Origin: an uncultured Chloroflexia bacterium
Lineage (GTDB): Bacteria; Chloroflexota; Limnocylindria; Limnocylindrales; CSP1-4
Reading direction: 5' to 3'
NCBI GenBank assembly: GCA_963713975.1
Contig: OY970218.1
Coordinates: 1,664,001 to 1,728,000, forward strand
DNA length: 64,000 nt
Positions 1-8,607 of the stretch are shown here, in pieces. A program made the position numbers and the translations under genes. The notes under the pieces were generated by a model. It had not been told where the DNA came from and searched no databases. It saw only the letters and a program-made list of their open reading frames with translations. Position 1 is the stretch's first letter, and every line of letters starts with the position of its first letter.

Positions 1-58
1 ACCGCCGCGCCGTAGGCGCTGAGCGCGACCACGAACCCGCGCCCGCCGGTGCGCGGCG

Positions 59-622
59 TCACCGGGCGCTCGGGCCCGTAGCTGGTGCGGCCGCCGCCGG
101 CAGCTCGCCCGCGATCTCGTCGGCCCAGGCGTCGATCGACGCCCAGTCGCGGAAGTCGCCGGAGGGCATTGACCCCTTCGATGCGGGCATCAGGGCGACG
201 ATGCGCTCGGTGAACCCGATCGGTTTCGCGGCCGGATCCCACGCCCCGAAGAACACCCTCTCTCCGCGTGGGTGGATGGCCTCTCTGAGCGCCGGGAACT
301 CCCTGGGGATGGTCGTCTCGAGGACGTCGCGGCCGTCCTTGTCCACGGTGTCCGTCCCGACCGGGCCGCTGCTGAACAGCCACGTGGGCTTCTCGGCAAG
401 CACGGCCCGGTTGCGTTGCACGAAGTGCGTCGCGTCCTTGAGCCAGTGGAACATATAGGCGGCGCCGCCAACCACGAACGCCTCGTAGCGCGACGGATCC
501 CTGACCTCGGCGACCGGGAGCAGGTCGGCCTCCAGCCCGTCGGCCCTGAGGCGCTCGGCGAGGCGTTCGGCGATCCCGCGGGTCGCCCCGTGACGAGTTG
601 CATAGGCGACGAGGATGGGCAT
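59..622 (-). CDS. Flavodoxin-domain protein (HemG-like, menaquinone-dependent protoporphyrinogen oxidase family)
   Basis: Start reset to MPILVAYATRHGATRGIAE (flavodoxin FMN-binding loop) with a GGAGG SD upstream; also has VVGGAAY, WLFSSGP and GDFRDW motifs typical of the family. Confidence 0.85.
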   Translation of the reverse strand: MPILVAYATRHGATRGIAERLAERLRADGLEADLLPVAEVRDPSRYEAFVVGGAAYMFHWLKDATHFVQRNRAVLAEKPTWLFSSGPVGTDTVDKDGRDVLETTIPREFPALREAIHPRGERVFFGAWDPAAKPIGFTERIVALMPASKGSMPSGDFRDWASIDAWADEIAGELPAAAAPATGPSAR

Positions 623-736
623 CTTGATCCTCCGGGCATCAGCCTGATCGGCACCGCCAAGGGTGCCAGCGTGGACGGTGACTTCTAAGAGCCGGATGGT
701 TGCTCCTTGAGGTCGCGTTGGTGTGCCGCGGGCCCG

Positions 737-771
737 AACAGGAGCCCCCGGCGGTGCCGGGGGCTCCTGTT
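737..771 (-). terminator. Intrinsic terminator-like hairpin
   Basis: Perfect 16-bp inverted repeat AACAGGAGCCCCCGGC-GGT-GCCGGGGGCTCCTGTT just downstream of the minus-strand stop at 780. Confidence 0.75.
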
Positions 772-779
772 GGACGGGC

Positions 780-1724
780 TCAGGCCGCGCCGGCTGCCGG
801 CAGCGCGGGACCACTCGCGGTCGCCGGTGATCCCTCGCGCCGCAGCATCCGCCATGCCGCGAGGAGCAGCGCCCCGAACCCGAACAGGGTGGCGATCGCG
901 GACACGAAGGGCACGATCCCCACGACGGCCAATACGATCACGCCCAGCACGGCGGCGAGGTAGGGCCGACCCGCCTCCGGGGCTCCCCGCAGCTTCGCGA
1001 CCATCCAGTCGCCGATCCAGATCGCGGCCACGATCCACGCCAGGAAGGCGATGGCCGGCAGCACGATGAACAGCAGGCCGAGACCGATCGGCGCACCGAC
1101 CACGGTGGCGATCAGGACGAAGGACAGCACCGGCAGCACCACCGACCCCAGGATCCCGGCGATGATCACCGGCCCGGGCTCCCGGCGGATGAGGGCGCCG
1201 GTCTCACGCACCTGGCGCGAGGCGAACGCGGCGACCAGGAGGGCGGCGGCGACGGTCGCCAGGCCCATGCCGATGAACAGCAGGAAGAACAGCGGGACCA
1301 GCAGCACGCCCAGCGCCCCGAAGAGCGCAGCGACGTTGCCGTCCATCGCACGCACGGAGCCGGTGACCTTGGCGCCGGGCTGCTGGGTCACGGTCCCGTT
1401 GAGTGTGCTGACGTCACCGGTCACCGTCGTCCCGTTCTGCAGGTCGGCCGTGCCGTTCACCACGACGAGGCGCTGCGTCGTGGCGCCGGCGAGGGTCGCG
1501 GTGCCCCGGACGACGACGATCGTCCGGACGTCGCCGCTGACCTGGGCGTCACCGCCCACGACCACGAGGGTGTCCAGCCGGTCCCCGGCCGGGATGGTGA
1601 TGGGGCCGTTCACCGACACCAGGACCCTGCCCGCGTCGGGCAGGGGCTCGGCGGCGAGCGCGGCCGGGGCGGCGATGCCCAGAAGGCATGCCACCGTGGC
1701 GAGGATGATGATGAGGCGTTGCAT
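780..1724 (-). CDS. Secreted/membrane protein with polymer-forming cytoskeletal (bactofilin-like) beta-helix and C-terminal multi-TM domain
   Basis: Signal peptide MQRLIIILATVACLLGIAAPAALA; repeated V-x-G-D/T-x-x-V beta-helix pattern; five to six TM helices including VGAPIGL; AAGGA SD. Confidence 0.75.
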   Translation of the reverse strand: MQRLIIILATVACLLGIAAPAALAAEPLPDAGRVLVSVNGPITIPAGDRLDTLVVVGGDAQVSGDVRTIVVVRGTATLAGATTQRLVVVNGTADLQNGTTVTGDVSTLNGTVTQQPGAKVTGSVRAMDGNVAALFGALGVLLVPLFFLLFIGMGLATVAAALLVAAFASRQVRETGALIRREPGPVIIAGILGSVVLPVLSFVLIATVVGAPIGLGLLFIVLPAIAFLAWIVAAIWIGDWMVAKLRGAPEAGRPYLAAVLGVIVLAVVGIVPFVSAIATLFGFGALLLAAWRMLRREGSPATASGPALPAAGAA

Positions 1725-2035
1725 CGGAGTCCTTTCGAGGATCGTGTCCCGACCCGTCCGTCCGCGCCCTCGACGGCCCTCGGTGGCCGATTGGGCGGAG
1801 CGCGGTGTCTGGTTCACCCTACCGACGGGCATCGCGGGGTCCAAGCCGGGCACCCGGCATCTTGGGAGTGGGGGAATCCCCAATGTCCGGCGCGGCTCGT
1901 CCGAAGCCCGCTTCGCTCCGCACCCGGGGGTCTCCCGTTCGGTATCGTTGACCCCATACCGGCCTCGGCCGGCCACAAGCCGGCCCGGGAGCATCGCCCG
2001 CATCCGGGGCTCCGTGGGACCCCAAGGAGAACCAC

Positions 2036-3439
2036 ATGCCGAAGGCGGAACGAGTCGTCGACATCCTCTCGGGCTCGCCGGCCGTCGGTGAAACGGCGAC
2101 GATCCAGGGCTGGATCCGGACACGCCGCGATTCGAAGGCCGGGCTCTCCTTCCTGGCCGTCCACGACGGATCCTGCTTCGACGCCCTGCAGGTCGTGGCG
2201 CCCGCGACGCTCGCGAACTACCACGACGAGGTCCTGCACCTGACCGCCGGTTGCGCCGTGACCGTCAGCGGCACGGTCGCGGAGTCCCAGGGCAAGGGCC
2301 AGGCCGTCGAGATCCTCGCCGAGTCTGTCGTGGTGGTGGGCTGGGTGGATGACCCCGACACCTACCCCATCTCACCCAAGCGGCACTCGTTCGAGTACCT
2401 CCGCGAGGTCGCCCACCTGCGGGTGCGGACGAACACGTTCGGCGCCGTCGCCCGGGTCCGGCACCGACTCGCCATGGCGATCCATCGCTACTTCGACGAG
2501 AACGGCTTCGCCTGGGTGCACACGCCGATCCTGACCGCCAGCGATGCCGAGGGCGCCGGCGAGCTGTTCCGGGTATCGACGCTCGACCTGGCCAACCTGC
2601 CGCGCACGCCGGAGGGCGGGATCGACTACGCGCAGGACTTCTTCGGCAAGCCGGCCTTCCTCACCGTGTCGGGCCAGCTCAACATCGAGGCCTACTGCCT
2701 GGCGCTCACCAACGTCTACACCTTCGGGCCCACCTTCCGGGCCGAGAACTCGAACACCAGCCGCCACCTCTCCGAGTTCTGGATGGTGGAGCCGGAGATC
2801 GCCTTCGCCGACATCTCCGACAACGCCGACCTTGCCGAGAACCTGCTGCGCTACAGCTATCGCGCGATCCTGGACGAGTGCGCCGACGACATGGCCTTCT
2901 TTGCCGACCGCATCGACAAGGAGGCGGTCTCGAGGCTGGAGGCGTTCGTCACGTCGGACTTCGCGCGCATGGAGTACACGGAGGCCATCGACGTGCTCAT
3001 GCGGGCTGGCCGGGCGTGGGAGTTCCCGGTGGAGTGGGGGGTTGCCCTCCAGGCCGAGCACGAGCGCTACCTGTGCGAGGAATACGCGAAGCGGCCGGTG
3101 GTGGTCGTCAACTACCCCAAGGGGATCAAGGCGTTCTACATGCGCCTCAACGACGACGAGCGCACCGTCGCCGCGATGGACGTGCTTGCCCCCGGGATCG
3201 GCGAGATCGTCGGCGGCAGCCAGCGCGAGGAGCGGCTCGACGTCCTCGACGCCCGGATCATCGAGACTGGCCTCGACCCCTCCGTGTACTGGTGGTACCG
3301 CGACCTGCGCCGCTACGGCACGGTGCCGCATGCCGGGTTCGGTCTCGGGTTCGACCGGGCCCTGGCCTACGCGACCGGGATGGCCAACATCCGCGACGTC
3401 ATCCCGTTCCCGCGCACGCCGGGAAGCGCCGACTTCTAG
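2036..3439 (+). CDS. asnS: Asparagine--tRNA ligase
   Basis: OB-fold start [27 protein letters not shown], motif 2 [33 protein letters not shown], motif 3 [10 protein letters not shown]; AAGGAG SD. Confidence 0.98.
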   Translation: MPKAERVVDILSGSPAVGETATIQGWIRTRRDSKAGLSFLAVHDGSCFDALQVVAPATLANYHDEVLHLTAGCAVTVSGTVAESQGKGQAVEILAESVVVVGWVDDPDTYPISPKRHSFEYLREVAHLRVRTNTFGAVARVRHRLAMAIHRYFDENGFAWVHTPILTASDAEGAGELFRVSTLDLANLPRTPEGGIDYAQDFFGKPAFLTVSGQLNIEAYCLALTNVYTFGPTFRAENSNTSRHLSEFWMVEPEIAFADISDNADLAENLLRYSYRAILDECADDMAFFADRIDKEAVSRLEAFVTSDFARMEYTEAIDVLMRAGRAWEFPVEWGVALQAEHERYLCEEYAKRPVVVVNYPKGIKAFYMRLNDDERTVAAMDVLAPGIGEIVGGSQREERLDVLDARIIETGLDPSVYWWYRDLRRYGTVPHAGFGLGFDRALAYATGMANIRDVIPFPRTPGSADF

Positions 3440-3562
3440 GGGACTCGGGCGCGCAGGAACCACCCGAGAGCCGTGGCATCTGGCCGGTTGCCGGCGGTCG
3501 GGATTGGCCCGAGGTGTCCTCGAGACCGACGAACCGCCCTTGCGGTCGCGGCCGAGCCGAGT

Positions 3563-3910
3563 CTAGAAGCGGTTGTCGACGATCGGTGTGACGTCGGGAG
3601 GAGGGTCCGCCGCGAGATCCACGCCGTGGACCTCCTTCACGAATTGGCGGAACTGTGTGTTGAACGGGTCCTGGCCCGCGATCATCGCGCCCATCGCGGC
3701 GCCGATGTCGTCGCCCTCCATGAGCACGATCGCGAACGTGCCCATGGGCGTCCGCTGGTGCCAGACGGCCTCGCGCGTGATCCTCTGCGCGCGGCGCGCC
3801 GCGGCGTAGGCGTCGTAGCCAGGCCCGGGCGCTGCCATCTGCTGGAGGCCTTCCCGGTCGAAGTCCTCCTTGCCGGGAACGATCGGGAGGACGAACACGA
3901 ACGTGGCCAC
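3563..3910 (-). CDS. Small hypothetical protein (probable dimeric alpha-beta barrel type)
   Basis: GTG start after GGAAGGAG SD; VFVLPIVPGKE...ITREAVWHQRTP...DPFNTQFRQFVKEVHGVDL; divergent from the AAA-LuxR gene. Confidence 0.7.
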   Translation of the reverse strand: MATFVFVLPIVPGKEDFDREGLQQMAAPGPGYDAYAAARRAQRITREAVWHQRTPMGTFAIVLMEGDDIGAAMGAMIAGQDPFNTQFRQFVKEVHGVDLAADPPPDVTPIVDNRF

Positions 3911-4140
3911 GGGACGCTCCTTCCATATCGGCGGTCCGCCCCACCATGGAGCGGTCTCAGTTGGGAACGATAGGCGACCGGACACGGTTTGGGGCGTTGC
4001 AGGGCGCAGGGTCTCTCGGGGTGGGCCTTGGCGCGCCCGGAGGGCGTCGGGATCGCCAACGTCCCTGGCACGCCCGGGCCGCGTCCCGGCTTGCGGGAGG
4101 ACCGATCACCCACGCGGGGCCGTGCCCTACGCTGTCGCCC

Positions 4141-6951
4141 ATGGAGGGCAGCACGGGCACGCCGGGCGGTGAGCCCGGGTCCACGGTCGAAGCAGGAGCG
4201 GCCGGTACGCCCGTCTTCGGTCGGACGGCGGAGCTGGCGGCGATCGAGCGTCTTCTCGACGCGGATCGGCTCGGAGCCCGGGCACTCGTCCTCGAGGGCG
4301 AGGCCGGGATCGGCAAGACGACGCTTGTGCGTGCCGCGCTCGGGTCGGCCGACCGTCGTGGCGCACGCATCATGCGCGCGGCACCGGGCGAGCGGGAGCA
4401 CCTGATCGCGTTCGCCGGTCTCGCGGACCTGCTGGCCAGGCTGGACGAGGACCTCCTGGCAGCGCTGCCGGTGCCCCAGTCGGTGGCGCTCGCGACCGCG
4501 ACGAGGAGGCTGGACGGCGAGACCGTCGCGGACGAGCTGGCCGTCTCGCTGGGCTTCACCGCAATCCTCCGGGATATAGCAGCCTCGGGGCTCGTCCTGC
4601 TCGTGGTGGACGATCTCCAGTGGCTCGATCCACAGACGCTTCGGGTCCTCGAGTTCGCGGCGCGTCGCATTGCAGACCAGCGGGTCGCGTTCCTGTGCTC
4701 CACGCGGACGTCGCGGCCCGGCTCCATCCCGCTGGGTCTTGACCGAAGCCTGTGGCCGGATGCGGTCGAAGTTGCACGACTGGGTCCGCTCGATGCAGTT
4801 GCACTCGACCGCCTCCTCCGGGCACGTCTCGGGATCCGGCTGCCGCGCCCGACCCTTTTGCGGCTGCTCCGCACGACCCGCGGCAATCCGTTCTATGCGC
4901 TGGAGGTCGCGGCATCCGTCGTCGACGGCGGGGAGCTGCGCATCCCTCCCACCCTTGCGGATGCGCTGGCCGGTCGTCTCGAGCGGCTTCCGAGTCGGGG
5001 ACGCCGCGCCCTCCTCCTTGCCGCGGCCAGCCTGCAACCGGTCATCGAGGTCGTGGAGGCGGCCACGGCAGACGAAGCGGGCCTGGGGCTCACGATCGCG
5101 GAGGGACTGCTCGAGGCGGACGGGCCGCGTCTGCGGTTCACGCATCCGCTCCTCGCATCCGTCGCCTACGAGCGAGCACTCCCCGGTGAGCGGCGCGCGG
5201 CCCACCGTCGGCTATCGGAGGTCGTCACCGAGCCGGTCGAGCGAGCCCTCCACCTGGCTCGTGGCCTCGAGACACCTGACGCGGATGCGGCCGCGATCCT
5301 CGAGGCCACGGCGGCGGCCGCCGCCGCACGGGGCAGTGAGGTGGCCCCTGAGCTGGCCGAGGCCGCGGCCCGACTCACCCCGCCGAGCGACACCACCGGG
5401 CGTGACCGGCGACTCGCGGCGGCCGCCGACCACCACACGGCCCAGGGGCATCCGGCTCGCGGACGAGAGCTCCTCGAGCAGGTGATCGCCGGGCAGGCTC
5501 CCGGGCCGGAGCGCGCCGCACTCCTGTGGCGGCTTGCCGACACCATAGGGGACTCCATCACCGGGCCCATCCAGCTGTGTGAGCAGGCCCTTGCCGAAGC
5601 CGGAGACGACCCTGGCCTGCGCAGCGAGATTCACACGGCCCTGGGGTCGTTCACCTGGATTGCCGGGGATCTCAATGGGTCACTTGCGCACTGCCTGGAA
5701 GCGGTCCGCTATGCCGACCGCTCAGGGGACTCTGCGCAGCTCGCGATCGCGATCGGCGAGGCGTGTCATGCGAACGTTATCCTCGGGCTGCCGTGGGATC
5801 GGGCCGCGATGGACCGCGCTCTCGCGATCGAGGCCGCCGGAACCGAGATCCCCGCCGCGCTCCGTCCCTCGATGCAGCTCGGGATCATCGCCCTCATCAC
5901 CGACGATCCCGGGACGGCCGAGCCCGTGTTCCGCGAGGAAGTCCGCCGGACGCAGGCGATCGGCGACGAGCCGGGTGCATTCCACGCGCTGATGCGCCTG
6001 AGCGAGCTCGGCCTTCGAACCGGGCAGTGGGCCGCAGCGCTCGCCACCGCCCGTGAGGCGCACGCCCTGGTCATACAGGCGGGGATCGAGCAGGAGGAGG
6101 CTGCGATCGCGGTGGCCCTCGCGGCCGTGCTTGCCCATGTCGGAGCCATTCCGGAGGCCGAGGACCTCGCCGGGGAGGCCTACCGCACCGCCGACGCCGG
6201 GGGGGACCGGGGCGTCGCCCTCCGGGCTGCCGGCGTGCTCGGGTTCATCGAGCTGTCGCGGGGTCGGCCCGATCTCGCCGTGACCTGGCTCTCGCCCGCC
6301 CGCCGTGAGCTGATCGCGATGGGAACGGGGGAGCTGTCGATCTCCAGCGTTGTCCAGAACGAGATCGAGGCGCTCGTCAGCACGGGCGCCCTGGACGAGG
6401 CAGATGCCGTGATCGAGCATGTCGAGCGGATCGGCACGCGAACGGGTCGGACCTGGCACCGCGTGGTTGCCGCCCGCGGGCGGGCCCTGGCCGCATCTTC
6501 CAGGAGTGATGAGCAGGGCGCCGCGACGGCCATCGACGAGGCGCTTCGCTTGGGCGAGGAGCTCCCGCAGCCGTTCGAGCGGGCGAGGACGCTGCTTGCG
6601 GCGGGGGTGGTGGAGCGTCGGGCACAGCACTGGGCCGTCGCACGGACGAGGCTGGTGGCGGCGCTCGAGGCGTTCGACGGACTCGGGGCATCCGCGTGGG
6701 CGGAGCGGGCGGCTGACGACCTGCGCCGGCTGCCCGGTCGTCGGCCGGGCGGCAACCAGCTGTCCGACACCGAGCGCCAGGTCGCGGCCCTCGTGGCGGA
6801 TGGACTCTCGAACAAGGAGGTGGCTGGACGCATGTTCCTGTCCGTGCGCGCGGTCGAGGCTAACCTCACGCGGATCTACGCAAAGCTCGGCGTTCACTCC
6901 CGGGTGGAGCTCGCGCGCCGCGGAGACCAGCTCGCCGACCCCCGGCCCTGA
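4141..6951 (+). CDS. AAA-ATPase/TPR/LuxR-HTH transcriptional regulator (LAL-type)
   Basis: FGRTAEL, Walker A GEAGIGKT, Walker B VVDDLQWLD, GNPFYALE, FTHPL, C-terminal LuxR HTH LSDTERQVAALVADGLSNKEVA...NLTRIYAKLG; TACGCT -10 box 7 nt before the ATG at 4141. Confidence 0.92.
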   Translation: MEGSTGTPGGEPGSTVEAGAAGTPVFGRTAELAAIERLLDADRLGARALVLEGEAGIGKTTLVRAALGSADRRGARIMRAAPGEREHLIAFAGLADLLARLDEDLLAALPVPQSVALATATRRLDGETVADELAVSLGFTAILRDIAASGLVLLVVDDLQWLDPQTLRVLEFAARRIADQRVAFLCSTRTSRPGSIPLGLDRSLWPDAVEVARLGPLDAVALDRLLRARLGIRLPRPTLLRLLRTTRGNPFYALEVAASVVDGGELRIPPTLADALAGRLERLPSRGRRALLLAAASLQPVIEVVEAATADEAGLGLTIAEGLLEADGPRLRFTHPLLASVAYERALPGERRAAHRRLSEVVTEPVERALHLARGLETPDADAAAILEATAAAAAARGSEVAPELAEAAARLTPPSDTTGRDRRLAAAADHHTAQGHPARGRELLEQVIAGQAPGPERAALLWRLADTIGDSITGPIQLCEQALAEAGDDPGLRSEIHTALGSFTWIAGDLNGSLAHCLEAVRYADRSGDSAQLAIAIGEACHANVILGLPWDRAAMDRALAIEAAGTEIPAALRPSMQLGIIALITDDPGTAEPVFREEVRRTQAIGDEPGAFHALMRLSELGLRTGQWAAALATAREAHALVIQAGIEQEEAAIAVALAAVLAHVGAIPEAEDLAGEAYRTADAGGDRGVALRAAGVLGFIELSRGRPDLAVTWLSPARRELIAMGTGELSISSVVQNEIEALVSTGALDEADAVIEHVERIGTRTGRTWHRVVAARGRALAASSRSDEQGAATAIDEALRLGEELPQPFERARTLLAAGVVERRAQHWAVARTRLVAALEAFDGLGASAWAERAADDLRRLPGRRPGGNQLSDTERQVAALVADGLSNKEVAGRMFLSVRAVEANLTRIYAKLGVHSRVELARRGDQLADPRP

Positions 6952-7005
6952 CCGGCGATTTCGTGTGGTCCTCCGCACTTCCTCCGGGCGTTCCGGTGGG
7001 TCAGC

Positions 7006-7335
7006 ATGTCGTCCATGGGCTTCACCCGGTTCCTGTTCGAGCTGTCTGCGGCGACCGACGACCGATCGCCACTCGAGCTCGTGGCGTTTGCTCGCAGCCA
7101 GGCCCAGCGGATGCGGGTAGCCGGCACACCCGTTCGCGTGATCCGTTCCCTCTATGTGCCCGAGGATGACGCCTGGTTCCTGCTCGTCGAGGGGAGATCT
7201 GCGGCCGCCGTGGAGGAGCTGGCCCGGGCATGCGGCGGCGCCCGCGACTCGATCCGCGCCTCCATCCCCATCGGGCCCGAGGCGGCGGCCGTTCCGAAGG
7301 CCCACCGGCCCCTCGGCCCAGCGAGGCGCGACTGA
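7006..7335 (+). CDS. Small hypothetical protein (DUF4242-like)
   Basis: PVRVIRSLYVPEDDAWFLLVEGRSAAAVEEL resembles the small proteins commonly found after AAA-LuxR genes. Confidence 0.6.
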   Translation: MSSMGFTRFLFELSAATDDRSPLELVAFARSQAQRMRVAGTPVRVIRSLYVPEDDAWFLLVEGRSAAAVEELARACGGARDSIRASIPIGPEAAAVPKAHRPLGPARRD

Positions 7336-7452
7336 GGCACGAGCCGTCCGTCCCTTGACGCCGCGCCCGCACGGGGGAAGTGTTCGTGCCATCGTGGCCC
7401 TCGCGCGCTGCACAGGGTGGCCGCGCCAAAAGCCGGCTCACAGGGACAGGAC

Positions 7453-8589
7453 ATGACCGCCGACCGCCAATTCACCTTCGGCTTCCCGCGGATGTACAAC
7501 GAGCCCGGCGAGCGGCGCGCCTTCCTGCCGCCACTCATCGGACTGCTGGCGGGGCTGGATCATGACGTGTACGTGGAGGCGGGGAGCGGCACTGGCATGG
7601 GCATCCCGGACGATGCCTACGGCAGCCTGTCCCCAAGAGTCCACATCGTCGACGAGGCCACCGCGTACGGTCAGGACGTGGTGGTGGTCCTCCGGGCGCC
7701 GGAGGGGCGTTACGGGCTGATCCGGCGCGGTGCGATCCTCTTGTCGATGCTCCACTTCAACACCCGGCCGGAGCGGGTCGAGCTGCTGCGCGACCGCGGG
7801 ATCGAGGCGATCGCGCTGGACATGGTGGCCGGTGACGACGGGCGGCGCCTGGTGCAGAACCTGCGCGACGTGGCCCGCAACGGCCTGGCGACGGCGTTCG
7901 ATGCCCTCGAGCGACGTTGGCCGCCCCTGCTCTCGCCGACGCGCCCTGCCGTCAGCGTCACCATCCTCGGAGCCGGCGGCGTGGGCAAGCACGCCATCGA
8001 ATGGGCGGCGAAGTGCGGCAGCGACGAGCGCAATGCGCGGTTCATCCGCGACGGCCTGCCCGGCGTGGAGGTCGTGGTCGTCGAGCAGGGTCTTGCGGGC
8101 AACGAGGCCTACTTCCGGCACCGCCTGGCCCTGACCGACATCCTCGTGGACGCGACGGCGCGTCGCGACACGTCGCGACCCCTGTTCCCCAACACATGGC
8201 TCGGCTTCCTGCCCGCGCACGCGGTCGTCTGCGACCTGGCGGTGGATCCCTACCTGCTTGATGATGATCCGCCGGTCGTGCGCGGGATCGAGGGCATCCC
8301 GCAAGGCAACCTGGACCAGTGGGAGTTCGGCCCGGACGATCCTGCCTGGGACCGGCTGCCGCCCGGGATCCCGACCGCTCACCGGCGGACGGTGGTCTCC
8401 TGCTACTCGTGGCCGGGTGTCCAGCCCGAGGCGTGCATGGAGGCGTACGGCTCGCAGGTGACGCCGCTCCTCAAGACATTCATCTGGTATGGCGGGGTAG
8501 CGGCGATCGCCCCGGACGTCTCCTTCCATGGGCGGGCCCTGTGGCGCGCCAGCCTGCGGCACTGGCTGGAGGCGCACCCCGACGCGTGA
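7453..8589 (+). CDS. Alanine dehydrogenase/PNT superfamily NAD(P)-dependent oxidoreductase (divergent; AlaDH/N5-carboxyethylornithine synthase-like)
   Basis: GFPRMYNEPGERRAFLP, VYVEAGSGTGMGIPDDAY, SMLHF, Rossmann ILGAGGVG, VVCDLAVD. Confidence 0.8.
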   Translation: MTADRQFTFGFPRMYNEPGERRAFLPPLIGLLAGLDHDVYVEAGSGTGMGIPDDAYGSLSPRVHIVDEATAYGQDVVVVLRAPEGRYGLIRRGAILLSMLHFNTRPERVELLRDRGIEAIALDMVAGDDGRRLVQNLRDVARNGLATAFDALERRWPPLLSPTRPAVSVTILGAGGVGKHAIEWAAKCGSDERNARFIRDGLPGVEVVVVEQGLAGNEAYFRHRLALTDILVDATARRDTSRPLFPNTWLGFLPAHAVVCDLAVDPYLLDDDPPVVRGIEGIPQGNLDQWEFGPDDPAWDRLPPGIPTAHRRTVVSCYSWPGVQPEACMEAYGSQVTPLLKTFIWYGGVAAIAPDVSFHGRALWRASLRHWLEAHPDA

Positions 8590-8607
8590 CGGGCGAACGG
8601 GGCGGCG

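Noticed and set aside
1869-1882. Palindrome TGGGG-GAAT-CCCCA and possible T-box leader upstream of asnS
   Set aside because: Single occurrence with no assignable regulator; no T-box consensus (AAGGTGGTACC-like) or terminator/antiterminator pair is visible.
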